64,000 bases of DNA from contig CAZUZL010000005.1 in NCBI GenBank assembly GCA_964625065.1, forward strand, positions 2,072-66,071, written 5' to 3'. The number at the start of each line of letters is the position of its first letter. The first letter of the stretch is position 1. This DNA is from an uncultured Candidatus Saccharibacteria bacterium. Lineage in GTDB: Bacteria; Patescibacteriota; Minisyncoccia; Phycocordibacterales; UBA9973. The notes under the pieces are model-generated. The model worked only from the letters and a program-made list of their open reading frames with translations. It made no database searches and had not been told where the DNA came from. This document shows positions 29,927 through 40,397 of the stretch, piece after piece. The position numbers and the translations under genes were made by a program.

Positions 29927-30149
29927 AGGGCATACATACATAGCGTCGGCTATAATCCGACTGGTGGCGGCCTAAAGTAGTATTATGAGTGCTACTGTAG
30001 ACAAATCTACTCTTAAGAAAAATATTTTAAAAAACTCTTCAAGCTCCACTTGAGGAGTTTTTTGATTTATAGTAAGTTTGTTCTTAGATAAATAGCATTG
30101 CTTTTTTTTGTTATCTATGGTATAAATTATATAGCAATTATTTTTGTAC

Positions 30150-30941
30150 ATGAGTTTAAATATATACATCCGTTCAGTATTATGTATCGTAATACTATTT
30201 TTGTGGCCCTTTTTTGGAAAAGGACAAACTTCTAATATTTACAGCTATAATCCAGGTGAACATGGTTTCAATGATGGTTTAATGCTGTATACATCTATTT
30301 TCCCATCGAATAGTGATACTTTGATCTTTCACAGTAATCAATTTGTTACTCCGCTTGAAGAAAATGACATTAATGGAATACCAGGATCCTCGCCTTTACG
30401 CGGGATTCGGTGGGACATAAAAGCAGTGTCTATGTATTCTGATACGCAAAAGGTAAACTTTTTGTTTAGCTTTTGGGACATGAGAACACCTTCATACAAC
30501 CCTAATCCTTCGGGCTTGTATTATTTGGTGCATAGAACTAGAGGTTCAGAAGTAGGCACAAAGTGGATATTAGAGGACTCAGTGTATGGGTACTCTGTTG
30601 ATTCAGTAGTGTTTAGAAATGTAAGTATTCCTCCAGGCGATCAGGAATGGACCATTGCTTCACCTTCAAGTGAATCCATTCTTCCTCCTCCGATGTGCCG
30701 TACTTTATCTGTATCATTAAATGAATCAAGAGATACATGTATTGTCGAGGTTATTCTTGCTACTTCAAATACTATTAAAGTAAAGATGAGTATAAACGAC
30801 GGAAGAGCTTATTCTCGCAAGTATCATTTTGAAAGAGGTATAAATTATATAAAAATACCTATACGTCGCGATGATTTTCAAAATATACATGTGGTTGTAG
30901 ATCAAAAGTTTGGTGCGCACTACGAACAGTGGATGAATTAA
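30150..30941 (+). CDS. Secreted hypothetical protein
   Basis: N-terminal signal-like segment, beta-rich body. Confidence 0.65.
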   Translation: MSLNIYIRSVLCIVILFLWPFFGKGQTSNIYSYNPGEHGFNDGLMLYTSIFPSNSDTLIFHSNQFVTPLEENDINGIPGSSPLRGIRWDIKAVSMYSDTQKVNFLFSFWDMRTPSYNPNPSGLYYLVHRTRGSEVGTKWILEDSVYGYSVDSVVFRNVSIPPGDQEWTIASPSSESILPPPMCRTLSVSLNESRDTCIVEVILATSNTIKVKMSINDGRAYSRKYHFERGINYIKIPIRRDDFQNIHVVVDQKFGAHYEQWMN

Positions 30942-31015
30942 TTATATCTAGATGATATTTTGAAGCCCGCCATTATTAAATGGCGGGTTTTGTATTTTAT
31001 GTTATAGTTCTTTGT

Positions 31016-31771
31016 ATGAACGAAGAATACATATACGGCCAACACCCGATAGAAGAAGTGCTAACACGCGACCCTGGTCGTGTAGAAAAGGTGTATTTTA
31101 AAGACGGTATAAGTCGTGAAAAAACAAACGACCTTATAACAATGCTACAGAAAAACAAAATACCTTTTTCTTATGTGCCTGAAGCTCAGCTAAACCGTAT
31201 GGTCCGCGATGGCAACACACAGGGTATGGTAGCTACTATACGACCAGTGGCAATGTTAGACTTTGCAACTTGGGCCAAGTCTATGCACCATGCCGGTTCT
31301 TTTACAGACAAACCTGTTTGTGTTGTATTGTTCGACGAACTACAAGACCCGTTTAATGTAGGCGCTATTATACGTAGTGGTACGGCTTTTGGTGTAACTG
31401 CATTTTTGTTTCCAAAACATAACCAAGTTGGCATAACCTCAACAGTTATGAAGGCTGCTGCTGGAACTGCAGGCGTAGTGCCACTTGTTTCTATAGGTAA
31501 TGTAAACACAACAGTGCGCGCACTGAAGGAATACGGTTTCTGGGTATATGGTTTATCTGAAAAAGGCGACACATTGTTAAGTAAAGAAGACTTTCCAAGG
31601 CCAACATGTATAGTGGTAGGTAACGAAGACGTGGGTATACGTGCAAAAACTTTTGAACTTTGCGACACAACACTTTCTATACCAATGGACAACAATGTAG
31701 ATTCGTTAAACGTTTCAGTTTCAACTGCATTGGCACTATACGAATGGAAAACAAAAACTAATACACAGTAA
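31016..31771 (+). CDS. rlmB: 23S rRNA Gm2251 methyltransferase (SpoU/TrmH family)
   Basis: IYG.HPI.E, QDPFNVGAIIRS, VGNE..GI, SLNVSV. Confidence 0.92.
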   Translation: MNEEYIYGQHPIEEVLTRDPGRVEKVYFKDGISREKTNDLITMLQKNKIPFSYVPEAQLNRMVRDGNTQGMVATIRPVAMLDFATWAKSMHHAGSFTDKPVCVVLFDELQDPFNVGAIIRSGTAFGVTAFLFPKHNQVGITSTVMKAAAGTAGVVPLVSIGNVNTTVRALKEYGFWVYGLSEKGDTLLSKEDFPRPTCIVVGNEDVGIRAKTFELCDTTLSIPMDNNVDSLNVSVSTALALYEWKTKTNTQ

Positions 31772-31821
31772 TTATTTATTTTTCTTCATATTCGATTAAG
31801 TATCTGATATAATAAAATGTA

Positions 31822-34146
31822 ATGGACGACCCTATTACATATTTTGGTACAACAGACTACCGCAACAGGCAGGTGAAGTTTGGTATTAAAGCAAAAGACA
31901 GAACGAAACATTTATATGTTATCGGTAAATCTGGTATGGGTAAATCTACATTGCTGGAAAACATGGCAGTGCAAGACATTCAGAACGGCGAAGGTGTAAC
32001 CATTATAGACCCACACGGTTCGATGGTAGACAAAATGTTAGAATACATACCTGAACACCGCATAAACGATGTTATTTATTTTGCACCTTTCGACCTTGAA
32101 AACCCAATTGCATTTAACATAATGGAAAACGTTGGTGCTGACAAACGCCACCTAGTTGCCAGTGGTTTGATGTCTATATTTAAAAAAATATGGGAAGACG
32201 CATGGTCTGCCCGTATGGAATATATTTTAAACAACACCATATTGGCACTACTAGAATACCCCGGTTCAACATTGATGGGTGTTAACAAAATGCTTTCAGA
32301 CAAAGTTTACCGTAAAAAAGTTGTAGACAATGTTACAGACCCATCCGTTAAATCTTTCTGGGTAGACGAATTTGCAAAATGGACAGAACGTATGGCTGCC
32401 GAATCTGTGCCGGCTATTCAAAACAAAATTGGTCAGTTTACTGGTAACCCGATAATACGTAACATTGTTGGGCAGGCTAAATCTTCTTTTGATATTCGTG
32501 AAGTTATGGATAAGAAGAAAATACTTCTGATCAACCTTTCTAAGGGGCGCATTGGTGAACAAAACGCATCACTATTAGGTGGTATGCTTATTACCAAGGT
32601 TTACCTTGGTGCCATGTCGCGTGCAGATGTACCTGCGTCTGTTATGCACGTGCTACCTTCGCACTATTTCTATGTGGACGAATTCCAGTCTTTTGCATCA
32701 GATTCTTTTGCCGACATTTTGTCTGAAGCCCGTAAATATAAACTATGTCTAAACATAGCCCACCAGTATGTAGCACAAATGACAGAAAACGTACGTGACG
32801 CAGTTGTGGGTAACGTTGGTACCATGATTATATTCCGCATTGGTTCTGCTGATGCTGAAATGTTTGAAAAAGAATTTATGCCAGTGTTTACTGCCGAGGA
32901 TATTGTAAACTTGGATTTTGCACAGATGTATTTGCGTATGACCATAGACGGCATAGCATCAAAACCTTTTTCAGGTACAAGTTTGCCACCTATAGCGCCA
33001 CCCGTTATATCTTTCCGTGAAGAAGTAATGCGTGCTTCACGTCGTAACTTTGCTAACAATAGAACAGAAGTAGAAGCTGTAATTGCCAAAGAACTAGCAA
33101 CCGAAGAACCTGAACGTCGTCCCCGCCCGAACGACGGTTCAGTCGGGCAGGCCAAAACTGACACACCACGCCCTGATGGTACTGCACCAGCAGGTAGTTA
33201 TACAAAACCTGCATACAACAACGGTCCAGCAAAACCAACAACTGGTTACCAGGGTAATAACCCTAAACCATATAATGCTGACAAACCCGCATACCAGGGT
33301 GGTTCAAACGTGTCTGCACCGATTTCTAAAACTCAAACAACTACTACAGTTACAACAAACACAACAAGTGCTTCTGAAAAACCTGTATATAACAAACCCG
33401 CTTTTGTTAAACCAGTAAAGCCAACAATAAACCTAGGCGAGGCTATTAAAAAAAGTTTAGAAAATGTAGATGTGCCTGAAAAAGAAATTGTTGATGCATC
33501 TAAAAAACAACAACCTGCTAATGTTTCTAATACTGAAAATAAAAATGTACCTACAATAGGGCACCACAAACCACAACCATTTAAAAAACCTGATGTAACT
33601 ATTGCCGACAAACAAATTGAAAAAAACAAAACAGATGAAGTTAAACAAACAGGGCATAGTTCTATATTAAAAAACATACTTATTGAACTAGAACACAGTA
33701 TAGAAGAAAACATTGCCCCACATGTAAACCCTGAAAACGACAAAGTTGTTCTAAACCACCACAGTGCACCAACAGTGCAAAATACAGAAGCCACCACTAA
33801 AAAAGATTACGTTGAACTTAAAACCATACCTACTACCATAGCCCAACCAGCTAGTACCACAACTAAACCTGCACCAAGTAAAAACGAAGAATCGTTAGCT
33901 GCATTACGTGCCGCACTGTCCAATATACCTACACCTTCTACACCAGCAAAACCAAGTTTTGAAACTAAAAAAGTTTTTAAACCAATTTCAGGTAGTGCCC
34001 CTGCGCAACAGCCACTGCAAAATTCTAGTACTGGTACGCAAGTAAATAATGTGTCTGAGCCTAAAAACCCAGAACCAGCAACTGAACCAAAACAAGTTCA
34101 AGAAGTACCAGAAGATGTTTTGAAGAAAGTACTAGAAACTGAATAA
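31822..34146 (+). CDS. VirD4/TraD/HerA-like P-loop ATPase with long low-complexity C-terminal tail
   Basis: HLYVIGKSGMGKS, IIDPHG, YVDEFQ, LSEARKY, AHQY; Pro/Thr/Lys-rich after ~aa 425. Confidence 0.88.
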   Translation: MDDPITYFGTTDYRNRQVKFGIKAKDRTKHLYVIGKSGMGKSTLLENMAVQDIQNGEGVTIIDPHGSMVDKMLEYIPEHRINDVIYFAPFDLENPIAFNIMENVGADKRHLVASGLMSIFKKIWEDAWSARMEYILNNTILALLEYPGSTLMGVNKMLSDKVYRKKVVDNVTDPSVKSFWVDEFAKWTERMAAESVPAIQNKIGQFTGNPIIRNIVGQAKSSFDIREVMDKKKILLINLSKGRIGEQNASLLGGMLITKVYLGAMSRADVPASVMHVLPSHYFYVDEFQSFASDSFADILSEARKYKLCLNIAHQYVAQMTENVRDAVVGNVGTMIIFRIGSADAEMFEKEFMPVFTAEDIVNLDFAQMYLRMTIDGIASKPFSGTSLPPIAPPVISFREEVMRASRRNFANNRTEVEAVIAKELATEEPERRPRPNDGSVGQAKTDTPRPDGTAPAGSYTKPAYNNGPAKPTTGYQGNNPKPYNADKPAYQGGSNVSAPISKTQTTTTVTTNTTSASEKPVYNKPAFVKPVKPTINLGEAIKKSLENVDVPEKEIVDASKKQQPANVSNTENKNVPTIGHHKPQPFKKPDVTIADKQIEKNKTDEVKQTGHSSILKNILIELEHSIEENIAPHVNPENDKVVLNHHSAPTVQNTEATTKKDYVELKTIPTTIAQPASTTTKPAPSKNEESLAALRAALSNIPTPSTPAKPSFETKKVFKPISGSAPAQQPLQNSSTGTQVNNVSEPKNPEPATEPKQVQEVPEDVLKKVLETE

Positions 34147-34230
34147 TATAAAAAGGACAGTGTGTACTGTCCTTTTTATATATGTGTAAAAGTGCTTGAT
34201 GTGTCAAAAAACTAGTAGTAAAATAAAAGC

Positions 34231-35715
34231 ATGAAAACACACACATTCAAACGGGCGTGGTGGGTACGTGCGGTTTTTGGTTTTTGTTTAGTATTTTTAT
34301 TCTTAAATATAAATAAGGTTTATGCAGATGTTTATATAAACGAAGTTGCTTGGATGGGTACAACAGTTTCGTATCTAAACGAATGGATAGAGTTATATAA
34401 CGACGGGGTAAACGACGTAGATCTAGACGGCTGGGTTATAGTTTCCGACGACGGAAGCCCAAATATAACAATTAGCAGTGCAACAAACAGTGTTGTTGGT
34501 GCAAAAAAATACTACCTAATAGAACGCACAGACGACACAACCGTGCCTGATGTTACAGCAGACTTTGTGGCGGCGTTCGGTAGTGGTTTGTCTAACAGTG
34601 GTGAGGCTTTATTACTAAAAAAACCAGACGGTGCAATAGTTGAAACTTTAGATTTTAAATCTGGTTGGCCAGCAGGCGACAACACTACAAAACAAACAAT
34701 GCAACGTGTAGGCAGTGCCTGGGTTACGGCTACACCAACACCACGCGCGGTAAATGCTGGTGCTGTAGTTCAAACAGCTGGTGGAACCGGCGGTGGCACG
34801 GGTAGTACAGTAAATGTAACAGCAAGTTCTGACACCACTAAAAAAGAAGTAGTACCACCTAAGCCTAAGATTTCTATTATTTCTAGTAAAACAATATTAA
34901 CAAATGTGTCAGCTAGTTTCGACGCATTGTATACAAATTCTAGTAATGTAAATGTATTAAGTGGGTATTTTGTATGGAGCATGGGTGACGGTACAACATA
35001 CACATTTACCCAACAAAAAAAGTTTACACATATATACCAGTACCCAGGCGACTACACTGTTAGTGTGGCGTATTTTTATAACAGCTGGTCAGAAGACCCA
35101 ATAATAGAAACAAACACTGTTGTGCATGTTGGTAACGCAGGCGTCAGTGTTAGTGCACAGGGTACAGATGGAACAATATTGGTTAAAAACAGCACAGACC
35201 AAGACATAAACATATCTAAGTGGCAAATATACGAAGGTTCTAACGTATATAGTTTTCCATACGGTATGGTTGTGTTGGCAAATAAAAGTATTGTTATACC
35301 AGCACATGTAACTGGTTTTAATGGTTTACAAAACCCAACACTGTACTACCCAAGTGGGTTGGCATATGCAAATTCGAATGCAAATAATTTTGCAAATCAA
35401 TCTACACCTGTAATAAAAAATATTACTAAAAACAACATACCTAATACTAATGCAAACATAGTATATAAAACTTATAACCCACAAACTGCTATAGGTAGTT
35501 CTGTGCTAGAAACAACAAATACACAAATATTAAATTCAGAAAACCCTGTTCCGTTGTTTGCTAATGCACTAGGTACAGTACAAACAAAAAACACCCGTCG
35601 GTGGGTATTTGTTGTTTTCGGTATTATTGTGTGTGGGTTGGGGTATTTGGCAATGAAGCTTTATCGTTCGAAACCGGATTCTGCAACTGAGTCTTTTCAT
35701 CTGGTTGACGAGTAG
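34231..35715 (+). CDS. Lamin-tail-domain + PKD-domain surface protein with C-terminal TM anchor
   Basis: VYINEVAWMG..EWIELYN, LSNSGE, TPTP; WSMGDG..H.Y.YPG.Y.V. Confidence 0.85.
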   Translation: MKTHTFKRAWWVRAVFGFCLVFLFLNINKVYADVYINEVAWMGTTVSYLNEWIELYNDGVNDVDLDGWVIVSDDGSPNITISSATNSVVGAKKYYLIERTDDTTVPDVTADFVAAFGSGLSNSGEALLLKKPDGAIVETLDFKSGWPAGDNTTKQTMQRVGSAWVTATPTPRAVNAGAVVQTAGGTGGGTGSTVNVTASSDTTKKEVVPPKPKISIISSKTILTNVSASFDALYTNSSNVNVLSGYFVWSMGDGTTYTFTQQKKFTHIYQYPGDYTVSVAYFYNSWSEDPIIETNTVVHVGNAGVSVSAQGTDGTILVKNSTDQDINISKWQIYEGSNVYSFPYGMVVLANKSIVIPAHVTGFNGLQNPTLYYPSGLAYANSNANNFANQSTPVIKNITKNNIPNTNANIVYKTYNPQTAIGSSVLETTNTQILNSENPVPLFANALGTVQTKNTRRWVFVVFGIIVCGLGYLAMKLYRSKPDSATESFHLVDE

Positions 35716-36448
35716 TAATATTGATATTATTTAAATCAGCTTCTAGCGCGTCGGCTTCGTCTTTTGTAGGGGCAGCTGCTGTAGTAACAGCGTCTTTAAC
35801 TTCAGAAGTTTTTAAAGTTAGTGCAATGTTAGTGTCTTTTATTATTTGTTTAGTTTCGTCACTTTTATTGTCGGCTAGTTCTGTTATTGTGGCTTGGCGG
35901 GTAGCAATGTCGTTTGTAATTTTAGTTGCAGTGGCAATAGCGTCTGTTACATCAGATTTAGCTACAGTGTTCTGTGCTTCGGTGTTTTCTGTTGTTACTT
36001 CTTTTTCTACATCTGCAACTGCACTGGCAACTTTGTCTAGGTGTGCGGCTAGTTGTTCTGTTACAACGGCTTGTTTTTCTGCTGTCATGGCACCTGTTTT
36101 AACTAATGTTTCTATTTCGTCGAAACGTGTCATAAGGCGTGTTTGTTGTTGAAGAAGTTTTTCTTTTGGTGTTTGGTTCGTCATGCTTTTTACTTCTTCT
36201 ATATGAAGTTTAACACTGTATAGTGTGTCGCCGGGTAGGGCTTTTTGTGCGCCGTATGTTATACCACCAGCGGTAAGTAGTAACATAGACATTGCTGCAC
36301 TAGCGGTTTTAACATACCAAGACATGCCAAGTGGCGAACGAACAAATGCAGGGTTCTGCATGGTGTTCGAATGTAGGTATGCACGCATTTGGCGTATTTC
36401 GCCATCTGTCATGTTTGGTGTATTTAGTTTATTAAAAATTTGTTTCAT
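35624..36448 (-). CDS. DUF5667-domain membrane protein (putative anti-sigma factor)
   Basis: TM then ALPGDTLY.VK...EE; directly downstream of ECF sigma. Confidence 0.8.
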   Translation of the reverse strand: MKQIFNKLNTPNMTDGEIRQMRAYLHSNTMQNPAFVRSPLGMSWYVKTASAAMSMLLLTAGGITYGAQKALPGDTLYSVKLHIEEVKSMTNQTPKEKLLQQQTRLMTRFDEIETLVKTGAMTAEKQAVVTEQLAAHLDKVASAVADVEKEVTTENTEAQNTVAKSDVTDAIATATKITNDIATRQATITELADNKSDETKQIIKDTNIALTLKTSEVKDAVTTAAAPTKDEADALEADLNNINITTRQPDEKTQLQNPVSNDKASLPNTPTHTQ

Positions 36449-36461
36449 ATATTTTGTATTT

Positions 36462-36959
36462 TTATGACGAATTCGACCCAATTAGTTTTTTTAATGCATT
36501 GTGCGCTCGGAAAAGTTTTACTGATGCAAATGCGTTTGATATTTTAAGTATGCTAGCTATCTCAGGTATGCTCATGTCGTTGTGGTACCGCAGTATCAGT
36601 ATTTCGTGGTGTTCAGGGTGCAGGTCGGGTACTAGCCTTAGCATTTCAGGAATGGTTTCGTGGTCTGGCTGAACTGTGTCTGCTAAGTCGTAACCTTCTT
36701 CTACCATTTGGTCTAACGAAACTGACTTTTTCTTACGGTAGTAGTCTATAATGGCATTTCTGGCTATGCGGTATAGAAAGGCACGCATGTTACGCAGGGT
36801 AACATCGCCGTCTTTAATATACGACCATAGTTTAACAAAGGTTTCCTGAGTCAGGTCCAGTGCTTCGTTTCTGTCCGAGACTTTAAGGTATATAAATCGG
36901 AAAAGAGCATCTTTTTCTGACTCAAATAACGCCATATATTGTGTTTCTATATTTTTCAT
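36462..36959 (-). CDS. ECF RNA polymerase sigma factor
   Basis: ALDLTQETF.K.W, FLYRIARN.IIDYYRK, EIA.IL...VKLFRA. Confidence 0.93.
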   Translation of the reverse strand: MKNIETQYMALFESEKDALFRFIYLKVSDRNEALDLTQETFVKLWSYIKDGDVTLRNMRAFLYRIARNAIIDYYRKKKSVSLDQMVEEGYDLADTVQPDHETIPEMLRLVPDLHPEHHEILILRYHNDMSIPEIASILKISNAFASVKLFRAHNALKKLIGSNSS

Positions 36960-37105
36960 GGCTTTTGAGCTCGTTAATGATGACGTTTAAAGGCGACTTT
37001 TATTACAGTATTATAGCAGACCACAGTTTAAATAAAAAGGTGTAAAAATAAGGCAAAAACGCCTTGTTTATAGGCCTATAATGGAATATGTGGTATAGTG
37101 TGTAA

Positions 37106-38311
37106 ATGGAAAAGAAAATACTTATTATAGGGGGTGGTTTTGCTGGTGTAACTGCAGCCAGAGAAATGGCCAAAAAGTCGCCTAAATCGAACATAACCCT
37201 TATTTCAAATAAATCTTATTTTGAATACTACCCGGCGCTATACCGTATACTTTCAGGCATGTCGCCCATAGAAGTCTGTGTTCCGTTAGAAGACGTTTTA
37301 CCTGAAAACGTAACCATAGCCAAAGACACTGTTATAAAAATAAACCCAACTGAAAAAGAAGTTGAAGGTGGTTTAGGTTCGTACCAGTACGACGACTTGG
37401 TTCTGGCATTAGGTTCAGAAGTAAACTACTTTGGTATAAAAGACGCACCAACAAACACATACAGATTTGGCACAACAAACAGTGCTATAGAAATAAAAAA
37501 CAGAATGATAACATTGTTCGAAGAATACGCCAGTGGCGGTAAACAAGAACATAAACTACATGTAGTTATAGTAGGTGGTGGGCCAGTTGGTGTAGAACTT
37601 TCAGGTTCTTTGTCTGTGTTTATGCACCGCTTAGCTAGAAAGTATAATGTAGACCGTAGTGCCATGCAGATTACATTGGTAGATTCTGGCCCACGAGTTT
37701 TAGGCCGTTTTCCGGAACAAGTTTCAAAACATGTACAAAACCGTTTAGAAAAAATTGGCGTAAAGCTTTCTCTTGGATGTGCTATATCTGACATACAACA
37801 CCAGCAAGTTTGTTTACCAGCAGAAAACCTACTAGCAGACACAATAATATGGACAGCTGGTACAAAACCAAATTCGTTATACAAAGACATACCAGGTATA
37901 GTGTTAGATGAAAAAACAAAACGCGTTGTTGTCGACGAATTCCTTGGTGCACAGGGCCTACCTAACATATATGTAGTTGGCGACGGTGCTGCTACACCAA
38001 ATTCTGGTTTAGCACAGACTGCAATGTACGACGGTAAATATGTAGCAAACGTAATACTTGCTAGGGGAAAAAACACACCTGACAGAAAAATTAAAAAATA
38101 CAAAGTTCCTGTAACAGGGTACATAGTACCTGTTGGTATGGGCTGGGCGGCATTTGTTTATAAGAAATTCCGAATGTATGGTACTGTAGCGTTTATGTTA
38201 CGTTTAGCTGTAGACTTTGAATTTTTGTTCAGACTACTACCTTTGGCCAGAGTTCTGGACTTGTACTGGGAAGGTTTTCGCTACCGTGTAATAGAAATAA
38301 TAAAAAGATAG
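37106..38311 (+). CDS. ndh: Type II NADH dehydrogenase-like FAD oxidoreductase
   Basis: IIGGGFAG, VIVGGGPVGVELSG, IWTAG, YVVGD, AQ.A. Confidence 0.85.
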   Translation: MEKKILIIGGGFAGVTAAREMAKKSPKSNITLISNKSYFEYYPALYRILSGMSPIEVCVPLEDVLPENVTIAKDTVIKINPTEKEVEGGLGSYQYDDLVLALGSEVNYFGIKDAPTNTYRFGTTNSAIEIKNRMITLFEEYASGGKQEHKLHVVIVGGGPVGVELSGSLSVFMHRLARKYNVDRSAMQITLVDSGPRVLGRFPEQVSKHVQNRLEKIGVKLSLGCAISDIQHQQVCLPAENLLADTIIWTAGTKPNSLYKDIPGIVLDEKTKRVVVDEFLGAQGLPNIYVVGDGAATPNSGLAQTAMYDGKYVANVILARGKNTPDRKIKKYKVPVTGYIVPVGMGWAAFVYKKFRMYGTVAFMLRLAVDFEFLFRLLPLARVLDLYWEGFRYRVIEIIKR

Positions 38312-38326
38312 TTCAGAATTTATAAT

Positions 38327-39187
38327 ATGAAAAACAACTACACTAATTCAAATAAAAGTATTATATCAGAAAAAGATTCTGGTGCAGTTTCAAAACAACA
38401 AGATGGTTCTGTACTACCTACTTCATGGAACCCGGTTTCTACTTGGTACGACGAATACCTACAAAAATCTAATACACTACAGAGCGAAGTTATATTACCA
38501 AACCTATTACGTATGTTAGGTATCAAAAAAGGCGACAGTATACTGGACGTAGCCTGTGGCCAGGGTTATTTTACAGAACGTTTTGCACAACTTGGCGCAA
38601 ATGTATACGGCACAGATATATCTAAGGAACTTGTTGCCATTGTAGAAAAAAATGCCAAGAAACAAAACCTAAATATAAACTACCGCATACTACCAGCACA
38701 CAAGGCACCACACCTACCAGACATGCGCGTAGAAACTATTACAGTTGTATTAGCTTTTGAAAACATAGAAAACATTGCCGACACATTAACCGAAATGAAC
38801 CGTGTGTTAGTTCCAGGTGGCCGTGTGTTGATAGTGCTTATGCACCCAGCTTTTCGTGTACCACAGGAAAGTTCTTGGGGTTATGACACTGAACGTAATG
38901 TACAGTACCGCACAGTAGAACGCTATTTGTCTGAAGCAACATATAAAATAGACATGCACCCAGGCAAAGGCGGTAAAAAACATATTTCAACAGGGGACAT
39001 AACACTTTCATTCCACCGTTCAATGCAGTGGTATATGAAGCATTTTGCCAAGGCTGGTTTTGTAATGTCACGTTTAGAAGAATGGATATCACACAAGGAA
39101 AGCAATGTTGGTCCACGCAAACTTGCCGAAGACCGCGCCCGCAAAGAAATACCAATGTTTATGTGTGTAGAACTGAAGAAGATCTAA
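38327..39187 (+). CDS. Class I SAM-dependent methyltransferase
   Basis: ILDVACGQG, G.DIS, RVLVPGG, HPAF. Confidence 0.9.
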   Translation: MKNNYTNSNKSIISEKDSGAVSKQQDGSVLPTSWNPVSTWYDEYLQKSNTLQSEVILPNLLRMLGIKKGDSILDVACGQGYFTERFAQLGANVYGTDISKELVAIVEKNAKKQNLNINYRILPAHKAPHLPDMRVETITVVLAFENIENIADTLTEMNRVLVPGGRVLIVLMHPAFRVPQESSWGYDTERNVQYRTVERYLSEATYKIDMHPGKGGKKHISTGDITLSFHRSMQWYMKHFAKAGFVMSRLEEWISHKESNVGPRKLAEDRARKEIPMFMCVELKKI

Positions 39188-39273
39188 TAACTAAAACTCC
39201 TGAGAAATCAGGGGTTTTCGTTTGACAAAATGTAATAATGGGTGTATAGTAAACTTCTAAAAAAGTTCTTAAA

Positions 39274-39672
39274 ATGAAAAAGTTTACTACATTCCTATTG
39301 TCCGCAACATTATTTGCGTTAGTTTTACTTCCGGTTGTTTCGGTTCATGCCCAGAAATCTTCCAATGTATGTGTGGATTCCACATTCCAACTTGTACGTA
39401 TCGACGATCGAATTTTCGAAATTATTATAAACACTAGTGTAGCCACTAATACCATTTCTGATTACGAAAAAAAGTTTGTAGTTATCAGTGACACACTTGA
39501 TGCTGCAGAGATTCGAAAAGATTGGGGAACATACTATGATTCAAAAAAACAATTAGCACTCATGATGGATGAACTAAATGCATTATTAATCGACATGAAT
39601 AATCAAAAGAAAGAAATGTTGTCTTTGTATGATCGACGGAACTATCTAATTGCTTGGTTGCATCATAAATAA
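39274..39672 (+). CDS. Secreted helical hypothetical protein
   Basis: Signal peptide MKKFTTFLL...VHA; TTGACA promoter upstream. Confidence 0.7.
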   Translation: MKKFTTFLLSATLFALVLLPVVSVHAQKSSNVCVDSTFQLVRIDDRIFEIIINTSVATNTISDYEKKFVVISDTLDAAEIRKDWGTYYDSKKQLALMMDELNALLIDMNNQKKEMLSLYDRRNYLIAWLHHK

Positions 39673-39782
39673 TAAAACAATGTTGAGTTTTTTAAAGCCT
39701 TTGTATTTAATATGAAGGCTTTTTAGTTTGACAAAATCTGTAAAAAATATAGTCTGAATGTAGATTAAACTATATTTTGCAC

Positions 39783-40208
39783 ATGAAGAAGCATAAATAC
39801 CCTCGTGAAATGGTGGACATAATTGTGGCTGATAAAGATTATTTTTTGTTGTTTTTTGCAAGTTTGTATTTAAAAACAAACGATATATTTTATTTACCAA
39901 AACTAAGGAAAAATGGTGACTACACCATGAAGTGTCCGATACATAAGGAAAGAACCCCATCACTAAGAATAAATGCAAAAACTAATTTATTCAAATGTTT
40001 TGGTTGTGGCCGTTCAGGTAGTAACATACACCTTATTGAGGAAGTTAATAAAATTTCGTTTGTGCAGGCAATACGATATGCCATACAACTAAAAACACCA
40101 CAGCAAAAAGTAGACTTGAACCAAACTAAAATAATATTTAGTTCTGCTGAAAAAGACTACCCACAAAAAGAATCAGATCCGGATGACAATTACGATCTGC
40201 CATTTTAA
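39783..40208 (+). CDS. Stand-alone CHC2 zinc-finger protein
   Basis: CPIHKERTPSL...FKCFGCG.SG; acidic DDNYDLPF C-terminus. Confidence 0.85.
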   Translation: MKKHKYPREMVDIIVADKDYFLLFFASLYLKTNDIFYLPKLRKNGDYTMKCPIHKERTPSLRINAKTNLFKCFGCGRSGSNIHLIEEVNKISFVQAIRYAIQLKTPQQKVDLNQTKIIFSSAEKDYPQKESDPDDNYDLPF

Positions 40209-40397
40209 AAACCCGAACACTAGTGCTCGGGTTTTACATTATTGCGAATCCTTAGTCGTGGGATTGCCGTTTATGTTCTAATGGCGACAAGGAGCAATAT
40301 CTGGATACTATCAATAATTTTAAAGTAAATCAATGTGCAGTGTTTGACAACTCTATGAATATTTTTGTATAGTGAAATCTAACAAAAGTTCTGTGTT

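Noticed and set aside
31822-34146. Conjugative element / T4SS locus
   Set aside because: Lone ATPase without relaxase or VirB genes; such ATPases are common chromosomal genes in CPR.
40240-40300. Imperfect hairpin ATTGC..TCCTT.GTCG/CGAC.AAGGA.GCAAT
   Set aside because: Single degenerate copy in the window; cannot be supported as an element.
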